Shown: one piece after another, positions 8,711 to 17,687 of the stretch | How the letters are laid out: every line of letters starts with the position of its first letter | Position numbering within the stretch: the stretch's first letter is position 1 | Virus record (IMG/VR): IMGVR_UViG_3300046779_000350 | Location: 1 to 41,655 of that record | Direction: 5' to 3' (one strand) | DNA from: a virus | Lineage: Duplodnaviria; Caudoviricetes | DNA length: 41,655 nucleotides | Notes under the pieces: model-generated | What the model was told of the DNA's origin: nothing | What the model saw: only the letters and a program-made list of their open reading frames with translations | Databases searched by the model: none | Translations under genes and position numbers: made by a program

Positions 8711-8716
8711 TAGTTG

Positions 8717-9532
8717 TTACCCCTTTATTCCGTATAATGCAAAATGACTATTTGCAACAAAACTTCCTTCTGCAAGGAAAGTCAAAGATGTTACAGCAGC
8801 AGTATTGCGCCAGTTTCCAGAAGCAAAAGTAATTGCACCAGAACCATTGGCATCATAACCAAAAAGACTGCGTGTTGTTTTGTATTTATTGGTATCAGTA
8901 TAATCTAAAATATCCCAAACAGATGCGTTAAATACATTTGCTGCAGTTTGTGCATCTGCTCCAGAGTATGCACCAACTATAGCAGTGCCATTAGAACTAG
9001 CATTTGTTGATATACCAGAACCATTTCCTTGCAAATAATGACTAGAGTAATTTGTAGAAGTATCGCTGTTTATTCGCAAGTAAATACCATCTACTGATGC
9101 ATCATTACGAGTTGTTCGTGAAATAAGACGAACTTGCAAATGTTTATATGTTTGTGGAATTGATGAGAATGTTATTGAAGTTCCACTTGGAGTTATAGTA
9201 GCAATAGATTCAAATACTGTTGCTTCTGTTGGTGTAACAGAACCAGATGCAGAACTGTACTCACCACTACCAGTGGCATTATTACCACGTACAGTAAATG
9301 TGTAAGCAGTTCCTGCTGTAAGCCCTGATACTGTGATAGGGCTAGATGAGCCAGTTCCAGTAAAGGAACCAGGATTAGAAAGTGCAGTAAATGTAGTTGC
9401 AGGTCCACCTTTAGTTGCTGCTGTGTATTCTACAGTTGCTGATTCAGCACCAGCAGTAGCAGTACCAATAGTTGGCGCATCAGGAATGTCTACAACTTTA
9501 CCCTTCTTGGGAGATGTTCTATTAATAGCCAT
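8717..9532 (-). CDS. Fibronectin type III domain plus adhesin-like paralogue 2
   Basis: PDAPTIGTATAG...ITVSGLTAGTAYTFTVRGNNATGSGEYS (FN3), then SITFSSIPQTYKHL ... FALYGI. Confidence 0.85.
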   Translation of the reverse strand: MAINRTSPKKGKVVDIPDAPTIGTATAGAESATVEYTAATKGGPATTFTALSNPGSFTGTGSSSPITVSGLTAGTAYTFTVRGNNATGSGEYSSASGSVTPTEATVFESIATITPSGTSITFSSIPQTYKHLQVRLISRTTRNDASVDGIYLRINSDTSTNYSSHYLQGNGSGISTNASSNGTAIVGAYSGADAQTAANVFNASVWDILDYTDTNKYKTTRSLFGYDANGSGAITFASGNWRNTAAVTSLTFLAEGSFVANSHFALYGIKG

Positions 9533-9535
9533 AGA

Positions 9536-10012
9536 TTAAGCCGCAATTCCGTAAAGTTTAATTGTTGCTGTTAGTGTTCCGCTATTTGCTGCAACGGTAA
9601 CTGAACTAATTGCGCTCCCCAGATAAACACCATTTCCAACTGTTGACTTAGAACCCCTAATGGTAATGATTTTAGGAGTTGCAACATCGGCATATTCAAT
9701 AATTGCGCAAGAAACTGCGTTGGTTGTTCCAACGCCAGTATAGCCAAACATTGGAATTCTTGCGTCAGTGTTAGACCAATCACCAAGAGAGGACCAAAGT
9801 ACAGATGCACCACCATAATTACTTGCAGTTGTATCGCTATTAAATGTAAGATTTAAAGCGTAGTCACCTGATATTGTTCCAGAAAAAACTACCATTAATT
9901 TTTTATATCCAGATATAGAAGTAAATGAAGATGATGTTGCAGATGACGGTGTTGCTGTTGCAATTAATTGCCAAACATCATCATTTGCGCTAGATACTGT
10001 ACCTACTGCCAT
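9536..10012 (-). CDS. Virion adhesin-like paralogue 1 (divergent)
   Basis: WQLIATAT...FTSISGYKKL ... IKLYGI. Confidence 0.75.
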   Translation of the reverse strand: MAVGTVSSANDDVWQLIATATPSSATSSSFTSISGYKKLMVVFSGTISGDYALNLTFNSDTTASNYGGASVLWSSLGDWSNTDARIPMFGYTGVGTTNAVSCAIIEYADVATPKIITIRGSKSTVGNGVYLGSAISSVTVAANSGTLTATIKLYGIAA

Positions 10013-10341
10013 TATGCAATCTCGCTTCCGTATGCGTTGAATGAAAGGTTTGCGCTAGATGCATACACTGTCACTACGTCAGTAGTTGCAAGTGTAAGTC
10101 CAACTGTAATCATAGTTGAGTCAGATGCTGGGACTGTTGCACCGTAAACGATGTAGTGCTTTGCTTCTAGCGTTGCACCTGCTGGACGTACAGCAATACG
10201 GAACGTAGCAGCAGAAGATGCTTGGTTACATACCGAGATAGTTGACACTACCGCTGATGTAGAAGACGGTACTGTGTACAGAGTAGTTGCTGTTGTCGCT
10301 GATGGGTTGACTTGCCCCAGGACTTTATAGGTTGTTGCCAT
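10012..10341 (-). CDS. Small virion beta-protein, paralogue of 6949..7251
   Basis: MATTYKVLGQ...TTLYTVPSST...NAYGSEIA. Confidence 0.8.
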   Translation of the reverse strand: MATTYKVLGQVNPSATTATTLYTVPSSTSAVVSTISVCNQASSAATFRIAVRPAGATLEAKHYIVYGATVPASDSTMITVGLTLATTDVVTVYASSANLSFNAYGSEIA

Positions 10342-10344
10342 TGA

Positions 10345-12492
10345 TTATGCTCCCATCAAGAGGAATACGGTTGGTGTAGGGTCTGTTGTAATGGCTCCCC
10401 AAGAGGCTGTTGAACCATCGGTTGTTAGATATTTGCCAGTGTTTCCACTCTGGCTAGGAAGTGGGTCATACGCTGACCACTTCAAACCTGTTGCTGTAGA
10501 TGAGTCAGTCATAAGGACCTGACCATTAGAACCAGCAGTTAACTTGCCTGGTGTGTCAGCAGATGTTGCTACAAGCAAATCACCCTTAGCATCAAAAAGT
10601 GAACGAGCAATTGAGTCTGCAAGTTCAAACGCTGTAAAGGTGATAATTTCTACAATGTCGCTAGCAGCAAGTGCTGCAAGAGACGTAATGCTTGAACCAT
10701 TAGTTGCTGTGTAGTCAGATGTACGAGCAAGTAGGATACCGTTAAGGTATACCTGCTCCTTACCTGGGATATAGGACAGTGTAAGTCCGTTATCATCTAG
10801 ACCAGAGATTGTTGTTTCTCCGCCTGCTGCTGTAAAACGGAAGCGGTAGATGTCAGCAGTAGATGAAATTGAACCCCACTCTGTGCCAGTCCAAGCAAAC
10901 ATCTGATTAGAAGATGAGTTCCAGTAGATAGCACCAGTAACAAGAGCATTGCCATCATTATCTAGTGTAGGGGCAGTTGACTTAGCGCCAAGGTAACGGT
11001 CATCGAATGAATCATATGAAGCAGCAGCGGCGGCAGCGCTGGCTGCAGCGGCTGTAGCAGAACCAGCAACTGTATCTACATATGCTTTTGTAGCGGCGTG
11101 TAGGTTAGAAGTTGGAGCACCTGACAGTGTAAGAGCACCTGTCATTGTAGAACCAGCCTTGAGTACGAATGACTCGTAGACAGTTCCACCTGACTGGATT
11201 GCGCTAGCAATCTCACCAAGTGTATCAAGTGTAGAAGGTGCTGAGTTAACTAGGTCTGCAACCTTTGTGTCTACATACAACTTAGTCGCAGCATCTGCGT
11301 TATCTGTTGGTGTAGCAAGAGAAGTTACTTTCTGGCTGTTCAGTGATACTGAGCCAGTAGGCGCAGCCATCTGGTCTAGTCGGTTAGTACGAACTGCTGT
11401 GTTAAAGTCTGAGATAGTAGATGCAGTCTGTGTGCCAGTGTGATTAGCACGTGCATATGGGTCTGAGACCATCTTTGCTGCAGTGATAGTTCCGTCTGCA
11501 ATATCTGAGGCTACGATAGTTCCGTCAACCAAGTCAGCGGAAGTAATAGTTCCACCAAGGTTCAACTTGGTCTTAGCGATAGCAGCAGTAGCAGATACGT
11601 CACCATCCACGATGGTTCCATCAAGAATCTTGGCAGATGTAACTGCACCATCAGCAAGGTCTCCTGCAACGATAGTGCCATCTAGAATCTTAGCCGAAGT
11701 AATAGCGCCATCTGCAATGTCGCCAGCCACGATAGTGCCGTCAGCAATCTTGGCTGAGGTAATGGCTGAATCTGCAATCTTAGCAGTAGTAACATTTGAA
11801 TCAAGAATCTTAGTTGTAGTTACAGCGTTAGTTGCAATCTTACCTGCAGTTACTGCGCTAGAGCCAATCTTGGCTTCAGTTACAGCAGAGTCATCAATCT
11901 TTGCTGTGCCTACAGCACCATCTAGAATCTTTGCACCAGTGATAGCAGCGTCTGCAATATCTCCAGCGACAATTGTTCCATCCGCAATCTTTGCAGATGT
12001 TACAGCGCTATCAGCCAACTTAGCAGTTGTAACGTTAGCGTCTGTAATTTTGGCTGTAGTAACAGCGTTAGACTGCAACATTGCTGTTGTAATCATATTG
12101 GTGTCTGTAGTCTCAAGGACGTTAGCAATAGTCAAACCATGTGCTGTGGTTACGTTCTCAGCGTGTGTGTTTGCTTCGCGGTAGTCACGACCAATAGCCA
12201 TGTGGCGAACTTCTGCACCAGCAGAGTGAGCCTGTGCTACAGAGCCATCAATGTTTCTCGCAATTGCTAGGGTGTTACCAGAGACTGGGTTTCCGCTAGC
12301 AGAGTAAATATCTACAATTTCTTCAAGGGCTGTATCTGGGTCAATGACAACTGTGTATGTTTCACCAGCAGCAATAGTCACTCCACCAAGGAGGGACGAT
12401 GCAGACACAACTGTAATTGAGTTGTTAGATGATGTAATCGCAGATGCAAGAGTTGTCTTCTGCGAACGGGATGAGTATTTACGGGTTGTCAT
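10345..12492 (-). CDS. Long tail fibre shaft protein with 10-residue repeats
   Basis: About 20 repeats of the AVTSAKIADG/TIVAGDIADG type, plus DAATKLYVD, APSTLDTLGEIA, AATKAYVD and GKYLTTDG fibre motifs. Confidence 0.9.
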   Translation of the reverse strand: MTTRKYSSRSQKTTLASAITSSNNSITVVSASSLLGGVTIAAGETYTVVIDPDTALEEIVDIYSASGNPVSGNTLAIARNIDGSVAQAHSAGAEVRHMAIGRDYREANTHAENVTTAHGLTIANVLETTDTNMITTAMLQSNAVTTAKITDANVTTAKLADSAVTSAKIADGTIVAGDIADAAITGAKILDGAVGTAKIDDSAVTEAKIGSSAVTAGKIATNAVTTTKILDSNVTTAKIADSAITSAKIADGTIVAGDIADGAITSAKILDGTIVAGDLADGAVTSAKILDGTIVDGDVSATAAIAKTKLNLGGTITSADLVDGTIVASDIADGTITAAKMVSDPYARANHTGTQTASTISDFNTAVRTNRLDQMAAPTGSVSLNSQKVTSLATPTDNADAATKLYVDTKVADLVNSAPSTLDTLGEIASAIQSGGTVYESFVLKAGSTMTGALTLSGAPTSNLHAATKAYVDTVAGSATAAAASAAAAAASYDSFDDRYLGAKSTAPTLDNDGNALVTGAIYWNSSSNQMFAWTGTEWGSISSTADIYRFRFTAAGGETTISGLDDNGLTLSYIPGKEQVYLNGILLARTSDYTATNGSSITSLAALAASDIVEIITFTAFELADSIARSLFDAKGDLLVATSADTPGKLTAGSNGQVLMTDSSTATGLKWSAYDPLPSQSGNTGKYLTTDGSTASWGAITTDPTPTVFLLMGA
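11480..12090 (-). repeat. Degenerate 30-nt coding repeat in the fibre gene
   Basis: Recurring (gc/ag)aatctt(a/g)gc and gatagt(g/t)cc(a/g)tc units; boundaries approximate. Confidence 0.8.
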
Positions 12493-12501
12493 TCAGATTC
12501 C

Positions 12502-13425
12502 TTATCGGCTAAAGCGAACGCGTGGAGGATATTGCTGTTGCTGTGCTTGAGTTTCCTCAGCCAAGCGTGCTGCATAAAGTTGATATAGCGCACGTGTTGC
12601 TGTATTCCCAGAACCGTACTGGCGCTTTGTATCTAGTTCATCAGCCTGTGGGCTGGTTAGAGCATTGCGTGCAGGGTCTAGGAATGAGAGCAATCGGTAT
12701 GATGCTCCAAGCACAACTACGTCTTTAACTGATTCAGACAATCCCGTCTGTACTGCAAATGAATCAGTAGATGATGTGCTTAGTGTTGATGGTGCTGTTG
12801 CGTAAGTCACCTTGACTTTACGACCAGTATGTACGTATCTATCATTGATAGTTACAGTTTGTGAGTTAGCACCCCATGTTGTGGTATCTGGTGCTGAGTC
12901 CCAGTCAAAGCGAGAGATTGGAATCCAACGCTTCGCAGGACCAATGTCTTCCCAAGACATACGCAGAATGTTCTGAATGTTTAGGTTTGTAAAAGCATAT
13001 GTATCTACAACTGCGTTGTATGTGAATGAAGTATTCTTAGCAGCAAAGATGCTAGAGCCAATGGCTCGAATAGTATCTTGAATTGCACGCTTAACAGATG
13101 AGCGTGGGAATGTAGGAGTAATAACTACTCGCTCACCAGCCTCATGTGTTACTGCAGTAGTACCCATAAACCCACGACCATATGGTGGGATAGTTGCTGT
13201 CTTAGAGATACGGTCATATGAATCTACCCATAGCAACTCATCACCAATCTCAATAATACCGCTACCAATTTCTTGAGCGTCTAGCGAGAATGTTGTAGGC
13301 GCTGCCAGTGTAGATGTAGTTGTAGTGATTGGAGTAGTCAAGTGTGTAGTACGGTCTTGCTGTAGCGTATAGCCAGCAAGGTTCATGATAACTTCGTCTG
13401 CTAATGTATCAAGCGTTGCTGTCAT
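12502..13425 (-). CDS. Probable head-tail adaptor protein
   Basis: 307 aa between the capsid cluster and the fibre; helical ends (DVVVLGASYRLL, YAARLAEE) typical of adaptors; positional inference. Confidence 0.6.
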   Translation of the reverse strand: MTATLDTLADEVIMNLAGYTLQQDRTTHLTTPITTTTSTLAAPTTFSLDAQEIGSGIIEIGDELLWVDSYDRISKTATIPPYGRGFMGTTAVTHEAGERVVITPTFPRSSVKRAIQDTIRAIGSSIFAAKNTSFTYNAVVDTYAFTNLNIQNILRMSWEDIGPAKRWIPISRFDWDSAPDTTTWGANSQTVTINDRYVHTGRKVKVTYATAPSTLSTSSTDSFAVQTGLSESVKDVVVLGASYRLLSFLDPARNALTSPQADELDTKRQYGSGNTATRALYQLYAARLAEETQAQQQQYPPRVRFSR

Positions 13426-14267
13426 TAGTTATCCTTTGTGTAGTTTTTAAAGCCAGCAACATTGCGCTTTGAATACTTAGGAGCGCGTGTACCTGTCTTA
13501 GGCATATCTGGGCGAGGCTTCTTGCCCTTCTGTAATTTCTTTAGACCTTCAGCAACGCGCTTATCTGCTTCACGTTGTGCAGCATCTTTAGCGCGTGATT
13601 CACCAATACGATTAGTATCAGGACGCTGTTCTAGTTCACGCTGACGTGGAGTTTTATTTCTGTCAGCAGCATCACGCATGCCAACTCTACGACTCTCGTC
13701 AAGACGACGGTCTGCTGGATTAATAAGTTTATTGCGTTCTGCTTGGGGTCCTGGCTTTGCAACCTGAACAGTACGTGGGTTTGTCTTAGGACCTAGCATT
13801 GTCTTGCCACCAGACTTAACGCCACGTGGCTTGATAGGTGTAAGCAATTCTGTAACGCGCTTTGAGCGCTCTGCAGCCATAGCAGCACGACGGTCAGCAG
13901 GTGTGACTCTAGACTGTTGGTAACTTTTTGTTACCTCAGACTTTGTCTTAGTCTTTCCTGCACGCTTCATCGGTGTGCTAACAACTGTCTTCTTATCTGT
14001 AATGCGAACTACTGGACCAGTCTTTGCTCCGCCAACTTTACTTGGTACTCGACCTGTTGGTGTCTTAGCCTTTGGACCTGCAGCACGTTCGGCAATACGA
14101 CGTGCTTCAACATTAGATATTTTATTGATGCCTCGTTTAGCAGCAATCTGTCTAGTAATCTTTTGGGTCTCGGCTATAGATAACCTTTTGACACCTTGTT
14201 TTGCAGCCTGAGAAGCAATGGCTCTGGCAACTGCAACTGCTAATGCTCCTACCAATGGTGCTGCCAT
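13425..14267 (-). CDS. Highly basic low-complexity protein
   Basis: 280 aa, K/R-rich, no aromatic core, Ala-rich amphipathic N-terminus. Confidence 0.75.
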   Translation of the reverse strand: MAAPLVGALAVAVARAIASQAAKQGVKRLSIAETQKITRQIAAKRGINKISNVEARRIAERAAGPKAKTPTGRVPSKVGGAKTGPVVRITDKKTVVSTPMKRAGKTKTKSEVTKSYQQSRVTPADRRAAMAAERSKRVTELLTPIKPRGVKSGGKTMLGPKTNPRTVQVAKPGPQAERNKLINPADRRLDESRRVGMRDAADRNKTPRQRELEQRPDTNRIGESRAKDAAQREADKRVAEGLKKLQKGKKPRPDMPKTGTRAPKYSKRNVAGFKNYTKDN

Positions 14268-14268
14268 A

Positions 14269-14553
14269 TTACCACTTGACCTTATCTGCCCAGTATGCGG
14301 CGCTTAGTTTTCCTTTTGCAATGTTGCTTGCATGGCGAGCCTTAAATGACTTACGACGTGCAGCATATGAAGCAGACTCTCCAGCCTTCTTAGGAGAACC
14401 GCTGACACCCTGCTGTCCAAAACGGATAGTCTTAATAGTCGTGCCTTCCTTGGCTACGACAATATGAGACTTCTTTGGGTGGTTAGGTGTACGCTTTGGC
14501 TTGTTAAAGCCTGATACGCCAGCCCTTGCTAGGCGAGAATCTTTTTTCTTCAT
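14269..14553 (-). CDS. Conserved basic viral protein (DUF5754-like)
   Basis: KKSHIVV...IRFGQQG...RRKSFKARH...SAAYWADKVKW; family name from memory. Confidence 0.7.
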   Translation of the reverse strand: MKKKDSRLARAGVSGFNKPKRTPNHPKKSHIVVAKEGTTIKTIRFGQQGVSGSPKKAGESASYAARRKSFKARHASNIAKGKLSAAYWADKVKW

Positions 14554-14945
14554 CTGAACTTTGCCGTCTTCTTTGCAATAGATTTTGGTTGCTTTACAAA
14601 CTGCTTGCCTTGGCTAGTACCAGCCCGCTTTGCAGCGGTGGTTTTAGCGTACTCAGAGGCTGATAGAGCCTGTCTAGCCTTCTTGGGAAGGTAACGCTCA
14701 CCAGTAGCCTTAGACCCCTGTGTACTAGGCTTACCTGACTTTGTACCCCAGTCCTCTTTAGTCCACTTGGACAGCGAAGATTGAGCCTTGGTCTTAGGAC
14801 CTGAGTAGCCACCGCCTGCTTTCTTGTAAGCCTGCGCTAGCAACTGGGCTTTACGGGCAGACCACTGACCAGGCTTACCGCCCTTAGAGCCAGACATAAT
14901 CTGATTCTTCAGTCGTTCTCTTGTGCTTGCTTTGGTGTAAGCCAT
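14550..14945 (-). CDS. Conserved basic protein (DUF5872-like)
   Basis: GGKPGQWSARKAQLLAQAYKKAGGGY...SLSKWTKEDW...ERYLPKKA. Confidence 0.75.
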   Translation of the reverse strand: MAYTKASTRERLKNQIMSGSKGGKPGQWSARKAQLLAQAYKKAGGGYSGPKTKAQSSLSKWTKEDWGTKSGKPSTQGSKATGERYLPKKARQALSASEYAKTTAAKRAGTSQGKQFVKQPKSIAKKTAKFR

Positions 14946-14955
14946 GGTCTAAGTC

Positions 14956-15204
14956 CTAGTTAGTTCTGTAGTTTGGGTAAACGCCAGTCTTCTTTGCTTC
15001 TGCTAGGCGCTTCTTCATAAGTTTATCTAGAGCGTCTGCTTGACGCTGTGCTTCTGTCATAGGCTTCTTAGTAGCCTTGCCTGTTGGCAGTGGACGAGCA
15101 GTCTTCTTAGAACCAGTTGCAATGTTGCCTGGCTTCTTAGGCATTGCTACTGGAGTTCCGCGCTTTGTAGCACGTGATGTTGGCATTGCTGGTTTCTTTG
15201 GCAT
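14956..15204 (-). CDS. Small K/P-rich basic protein
   Basis: MPKKP repeated twice; TAATG coupling. Confidence 0.7.
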   Translation of the reverse strand: MPKKPAMPTSRATKRGTPVAMPKKPGNIATGSKKTARPLPTGKATKKPMTEAQRQADALDKLMKKRLAEAKKTGVYPNYRTN

Positions 15205-15404
15205 TACTTCTTCTTCCCCATCTTCTTGGCTACAGCCTTCTTAGCGGACTTCTTGACTACCTTCTTCTTTGCACCAAAGAGACCGCCGTACTCAACAGCA
15301 CGTTCCATCTTGCCTTCAGTCTTTTCATGCTTCTTGCTGGCTTTCTTTGCAGCCTTGATTCCTGCTGGTGTGTATGGGAATTTCTTTCCTTCGACCATTG
15401 GCAT
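15204..15404 (-). CDS. Small Lys-rich protein with histone H1-like tail
   Basis: KKFPYTPAGIKAAKK...AKKKVVKKSAKKAVAKKMGKKK. Confidence 0.75.
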   Translation of the reverse strand: MPMVEGKKFPYTPAGIKAAKKASKKHEKTEGKMERAVEYGGLFGAKKKVVKKSAKKAVAKKMGKKK

Positions 15405-15850
15405 TAGATTGCTCCTACTTCTGTGAGTGACTTTACTGATTGCTTTGTAATTGATTGTGCTGTAGTGCCAGCAGTATCTGCATCAAAGGCTTTGCCCATT
15501 GTGTTAGATGCTTCTACTGCTGCCTTGACATGTGCCATGCTGGTTCCAGCAGGTTGGATACCCTGCGCACGTGCTGCGCGATAGGCGTCTAGTTCGCTGT
15601 TCCACTTTTTATTTGACATTTGCTTTTGTGAGTTAGCGTCACCAGTATTCAACTGAAGGCTACGAGCCTTGCAACCAAAGCAATCGTCATCACAATTAGT
15701 GTGGTCAATATTTATATCACGCTGGTCATCTTCGAATGGAACAGGCGATACTTTTCCACATAGAACGCAGTCATACTCTGTCACCTTAAAGTCATGGGAT
15801 TCTGTAAAGCCCCATTCTTTTACCCTACTAATATGGCTGCAGTTGCTCAT
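15404..15850 (-). CDS. Hypothetical Cys/His-containing head-region protein
   Basis: C.H, CVLC, H..C...CFGC motifs; ATGA coupling. Confidence 0.75.
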   Translation of the reverse strand: MSNCSHISRVKEWGFTESHDFKVTEYDCVLCGKVSPVPFEDDQRDINIDHTNCDDDCFGCKARSLQLNTGDANSQKQMSNKKWNSELDAYRAARAQGIQPAGTSMAHVKAAVEASNTMGKAFDADTAGTTAQSITKQSVKSLTEVGAI

Positions 15851-16101
15851 GTAGTTATTACCTCATATCCCGCTGCTTCTAAATCTGCTTTTTCTTCTGC
15901 GCTTACTTCGTGGCTAGTGCCACCAAGATAAGCAATGTCCGCTGCTTCATATTCCTCAGAAGATGGGTAACGAACTTCGTAGTACTCACCATCAATCTTT
16001 AGGACTGTTATGCCTACTGGGATTTTAATCTGCGAAAATAGTGGATGGTATTCTCCACCAGGGTTTTCCAGAATTGTTGGTGTCTTGAATATGTAAGCCA
16101 T
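15847..16101 (-). CDS. Hypothetical acidic head-associated protein
   Basis: GGAGG RBS before the ATG at 16101 (MAYIFKTP); the longer ORF start runs through a hairpin. Confidence 0.8.
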   Translation of the reverse strand: MAYIFKTPTILENPGGEYHPLFSQIKIPVGITVLKIDGEYYEVRYPSSEEYEAADIAYLGGTSHEVSAEEKADLEAAGYEVITT

Positions 16102-16115
16102 TGTTCCTCCAATAG

Positions 16116-16160
16116 GTTTACTGATAGACAGGGACTTGCGCCCCTGCCTATCCGTCAAAC
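16116..16160 (-). terminator. GNRA-capped hairpin after the major capsid gene (terminator, processing or stability element)
   Basis: Minus strand GATAGGCAGGGGC-GCAA-GTCCCTGTCTATC; no U-tract. Confidence 0.7.
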
Positions 16161-16166
16161 TACTGA

Positions 16167-17174
16167 CTAAGCGTTTGGACGACCTGATGCAGCGGTTTCG
16201 ATACGAACCAATGCTGGTGTGCGGTAAAGCGCCCAGTTGATGATTCCGTACCAGCCGACTGGATTGAAACGGTTGAAGCGGTCTTCAATCTTTCCAATTT
16301 CCATTCCTGGTTCCTTCCAGACAGCCTCAGCAAGTGCCTGAGCACCTGTGACATATGTGTTGTAAACACGTGTCTGAGTTGTTGAAGAGCCAGAACCTGA
16401 CTGTGTGTTTGTAGCGTTTGCTGTTTCGATGAAACGAACGCCTTCCCATGAGCCGAGTTCTCCACCGAATAGTGGTGATACTGCCTGGTACTCATGTGGT
16501 GTACGCCATACGTTGTTACCTGTCTCTGTACGGAGGTCAGCAGAAACTTCTGGGTGGATGTATGCAACATACATTCCAGCAGCCTTGTACTGAACACCAG
16601 CAGCACGCATCTTTGTAACAGCGCGGCGGATTGCATCAGACTTAATTGTGTCTGCAGATGTGATTGCTGTCTTAGCAGCAACTGAGCCAACACCTTCGTA
16701 GACGTTTGTTACTGACTGTGTACCTGAAGTTGTTGAGACACGAACGATGTTCGCACCTGCATCCAACTTAGCAACAACAGCGTTGTCAAGTGTCTTTGTC
16801 ATGTTGAAGCCAACTGCGTTAGCAACCCATGGGTCAATGTTAGCGATTGACATAAGGTTAATCTTCTTAACTGGAAGCACTGAGCGTCCGAGTTCTAGTT
16901 GTGCGACATCAATGTATGTTGTCGCTGGAAGTGCAACTGAATCTGTATCAACAGTCTCTTCTAGAGTTGCTGAAGCAACTGAAGTTTCTGCAATATCAGT
17001 GTTGAACTGGAAGCGGATTGATGAGCCGTTGTGAGTAAGTGAGCCGACCTTCTTGTCAGCAATCTCACGAAACTTTGGCAATACGCGGAGGTTGGTTTCA
17101 ATCAACTTATCGTATGCTAAAGTTACAAGGTTAGTACCTAACCCACTACCTGTGGTTGTAAAAGCATCTGCCAT
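16167..17174 (-). CDS. Major capsid protein (HK97 fold, N4-gp56-like)
   Basis: 335 aa following the scaffold; YVAYIHPEVSADLR, GELGSWEGVRFIET, DRFNRFNPVGWYG. Confidence 0.9.
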   Translation of the reverse strand: MADAFTTTGSGLGTNLVTLAYDKLIETNLRVLPKFREIADKKVGSLTHNGSSIRFQFNTDIAETSVASATLEETVDTDSVALPATTYIDVAQLELGRSVLPVKKINLMSIANIDPWVANAVGFNMTKTLDNAVVAKLDAGANIVRVSTTSGTQSVTNVYEGVGSVAAKTAITSADTIKSDAIRRAVTKMRAAGVQYKAAGMYVAYIHPEVSADLRTETGNNVWRTPHEYQAVSPLFGGELGSWEGVRFIETANATNTQSGSGSSTTQTRVYNTYVTGAQALAEAVWKEPGMEIGKIEDRFNRFNPVGWYGIINWALYRTPALVRIETAASGRPNA

Positions 17175-17195
17175 TTGGCAAGCCTTCTTTCTGAA

Positions 17196-17687
17196 TTATT
17201 GTATCTTGTTAGAGATACTTTGGATTATGGATAGTAATTCTTCTTCAGAGTTTCCGTTATAGTTTTGTAACATATCAACATATTCATCTGAAACGTCGGG
17301 AGTCGCAGCAAACTGAGTTGCACCATCCTGTCGAGAGAACTCTCGAACATTAGGCTTTGACTCTTCTTGTGCTGCTTCGGTATATCCGACAATGTCTCCG
17401 TTATCACGAAGCCAGTTTGAAACTGAGTCTTCGCTGACTTCATCTAAATCCTTAAGGATTAGACGGGCAGCCTTGGAGTTGACTCCCTTAGATTCTAGGA
17501 CTGACTTAACTGTTGACTCACGCTGTTGGCGTTCGAACATCTCCAACTTCTCAGTCAATTCTTTGATACGTTTTTCGTCTGCTCGCTTTGCTCGACGAAG
17601 GTCTTTAATACCATTCGTCTCATCACTGCTTACCTCGTTATACATATCAAGGTCATCGTCATTATCCCAGTTGTTATTGTTGCTCAT
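17196..17687 (-). CDS. Capsid scaffolding protein
   Basis: Acidic N-terminus, coiled coil (IKDLRRAKRADEKRIKELTEKL), immediately upstream of the capsid gene. Confidence 0.8.
   Translation of the reverse strand: MSNNNNWDNDDDLDMYNEVSSDETNGIKDLRRAKRADEKRIKELTEKLEMFERQQRESTVKSVLESKGVNSKAARLILKDLDEVSEDSVSNWLRDNGDIVGYTEAAQEESKPNVREFSRQDGATQFAATPDVSDEYVDMLQNYNGNSEEELLSIIQSISNKIQ

Noticed and set aside
6014-10012. Diversity-generating retroelement or invertase shufflon acting on the fibre tips
   Set aside because: No reverse transcriptase or recombinase, no near-identical template/variable repeat pair, and all genes are co-oriented.
11483-12184. 233-aa plus-strand repetitive ORF, and a possible CRISPR-like periodicity
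   Set aside because: Antisense of the 10-residue fibre repeat; the repeats are degenerate at third codon positions, have no unique spacers, and no cas operon is present.
16160-16693. 177-aa alternative-frame ORF inside the capsid gene ending just past its stop (possible frameshift extension)
   Set aside because: No slippery site identified, it would add almost no extension beyond the capsid stop, and it is explained by codon bias.
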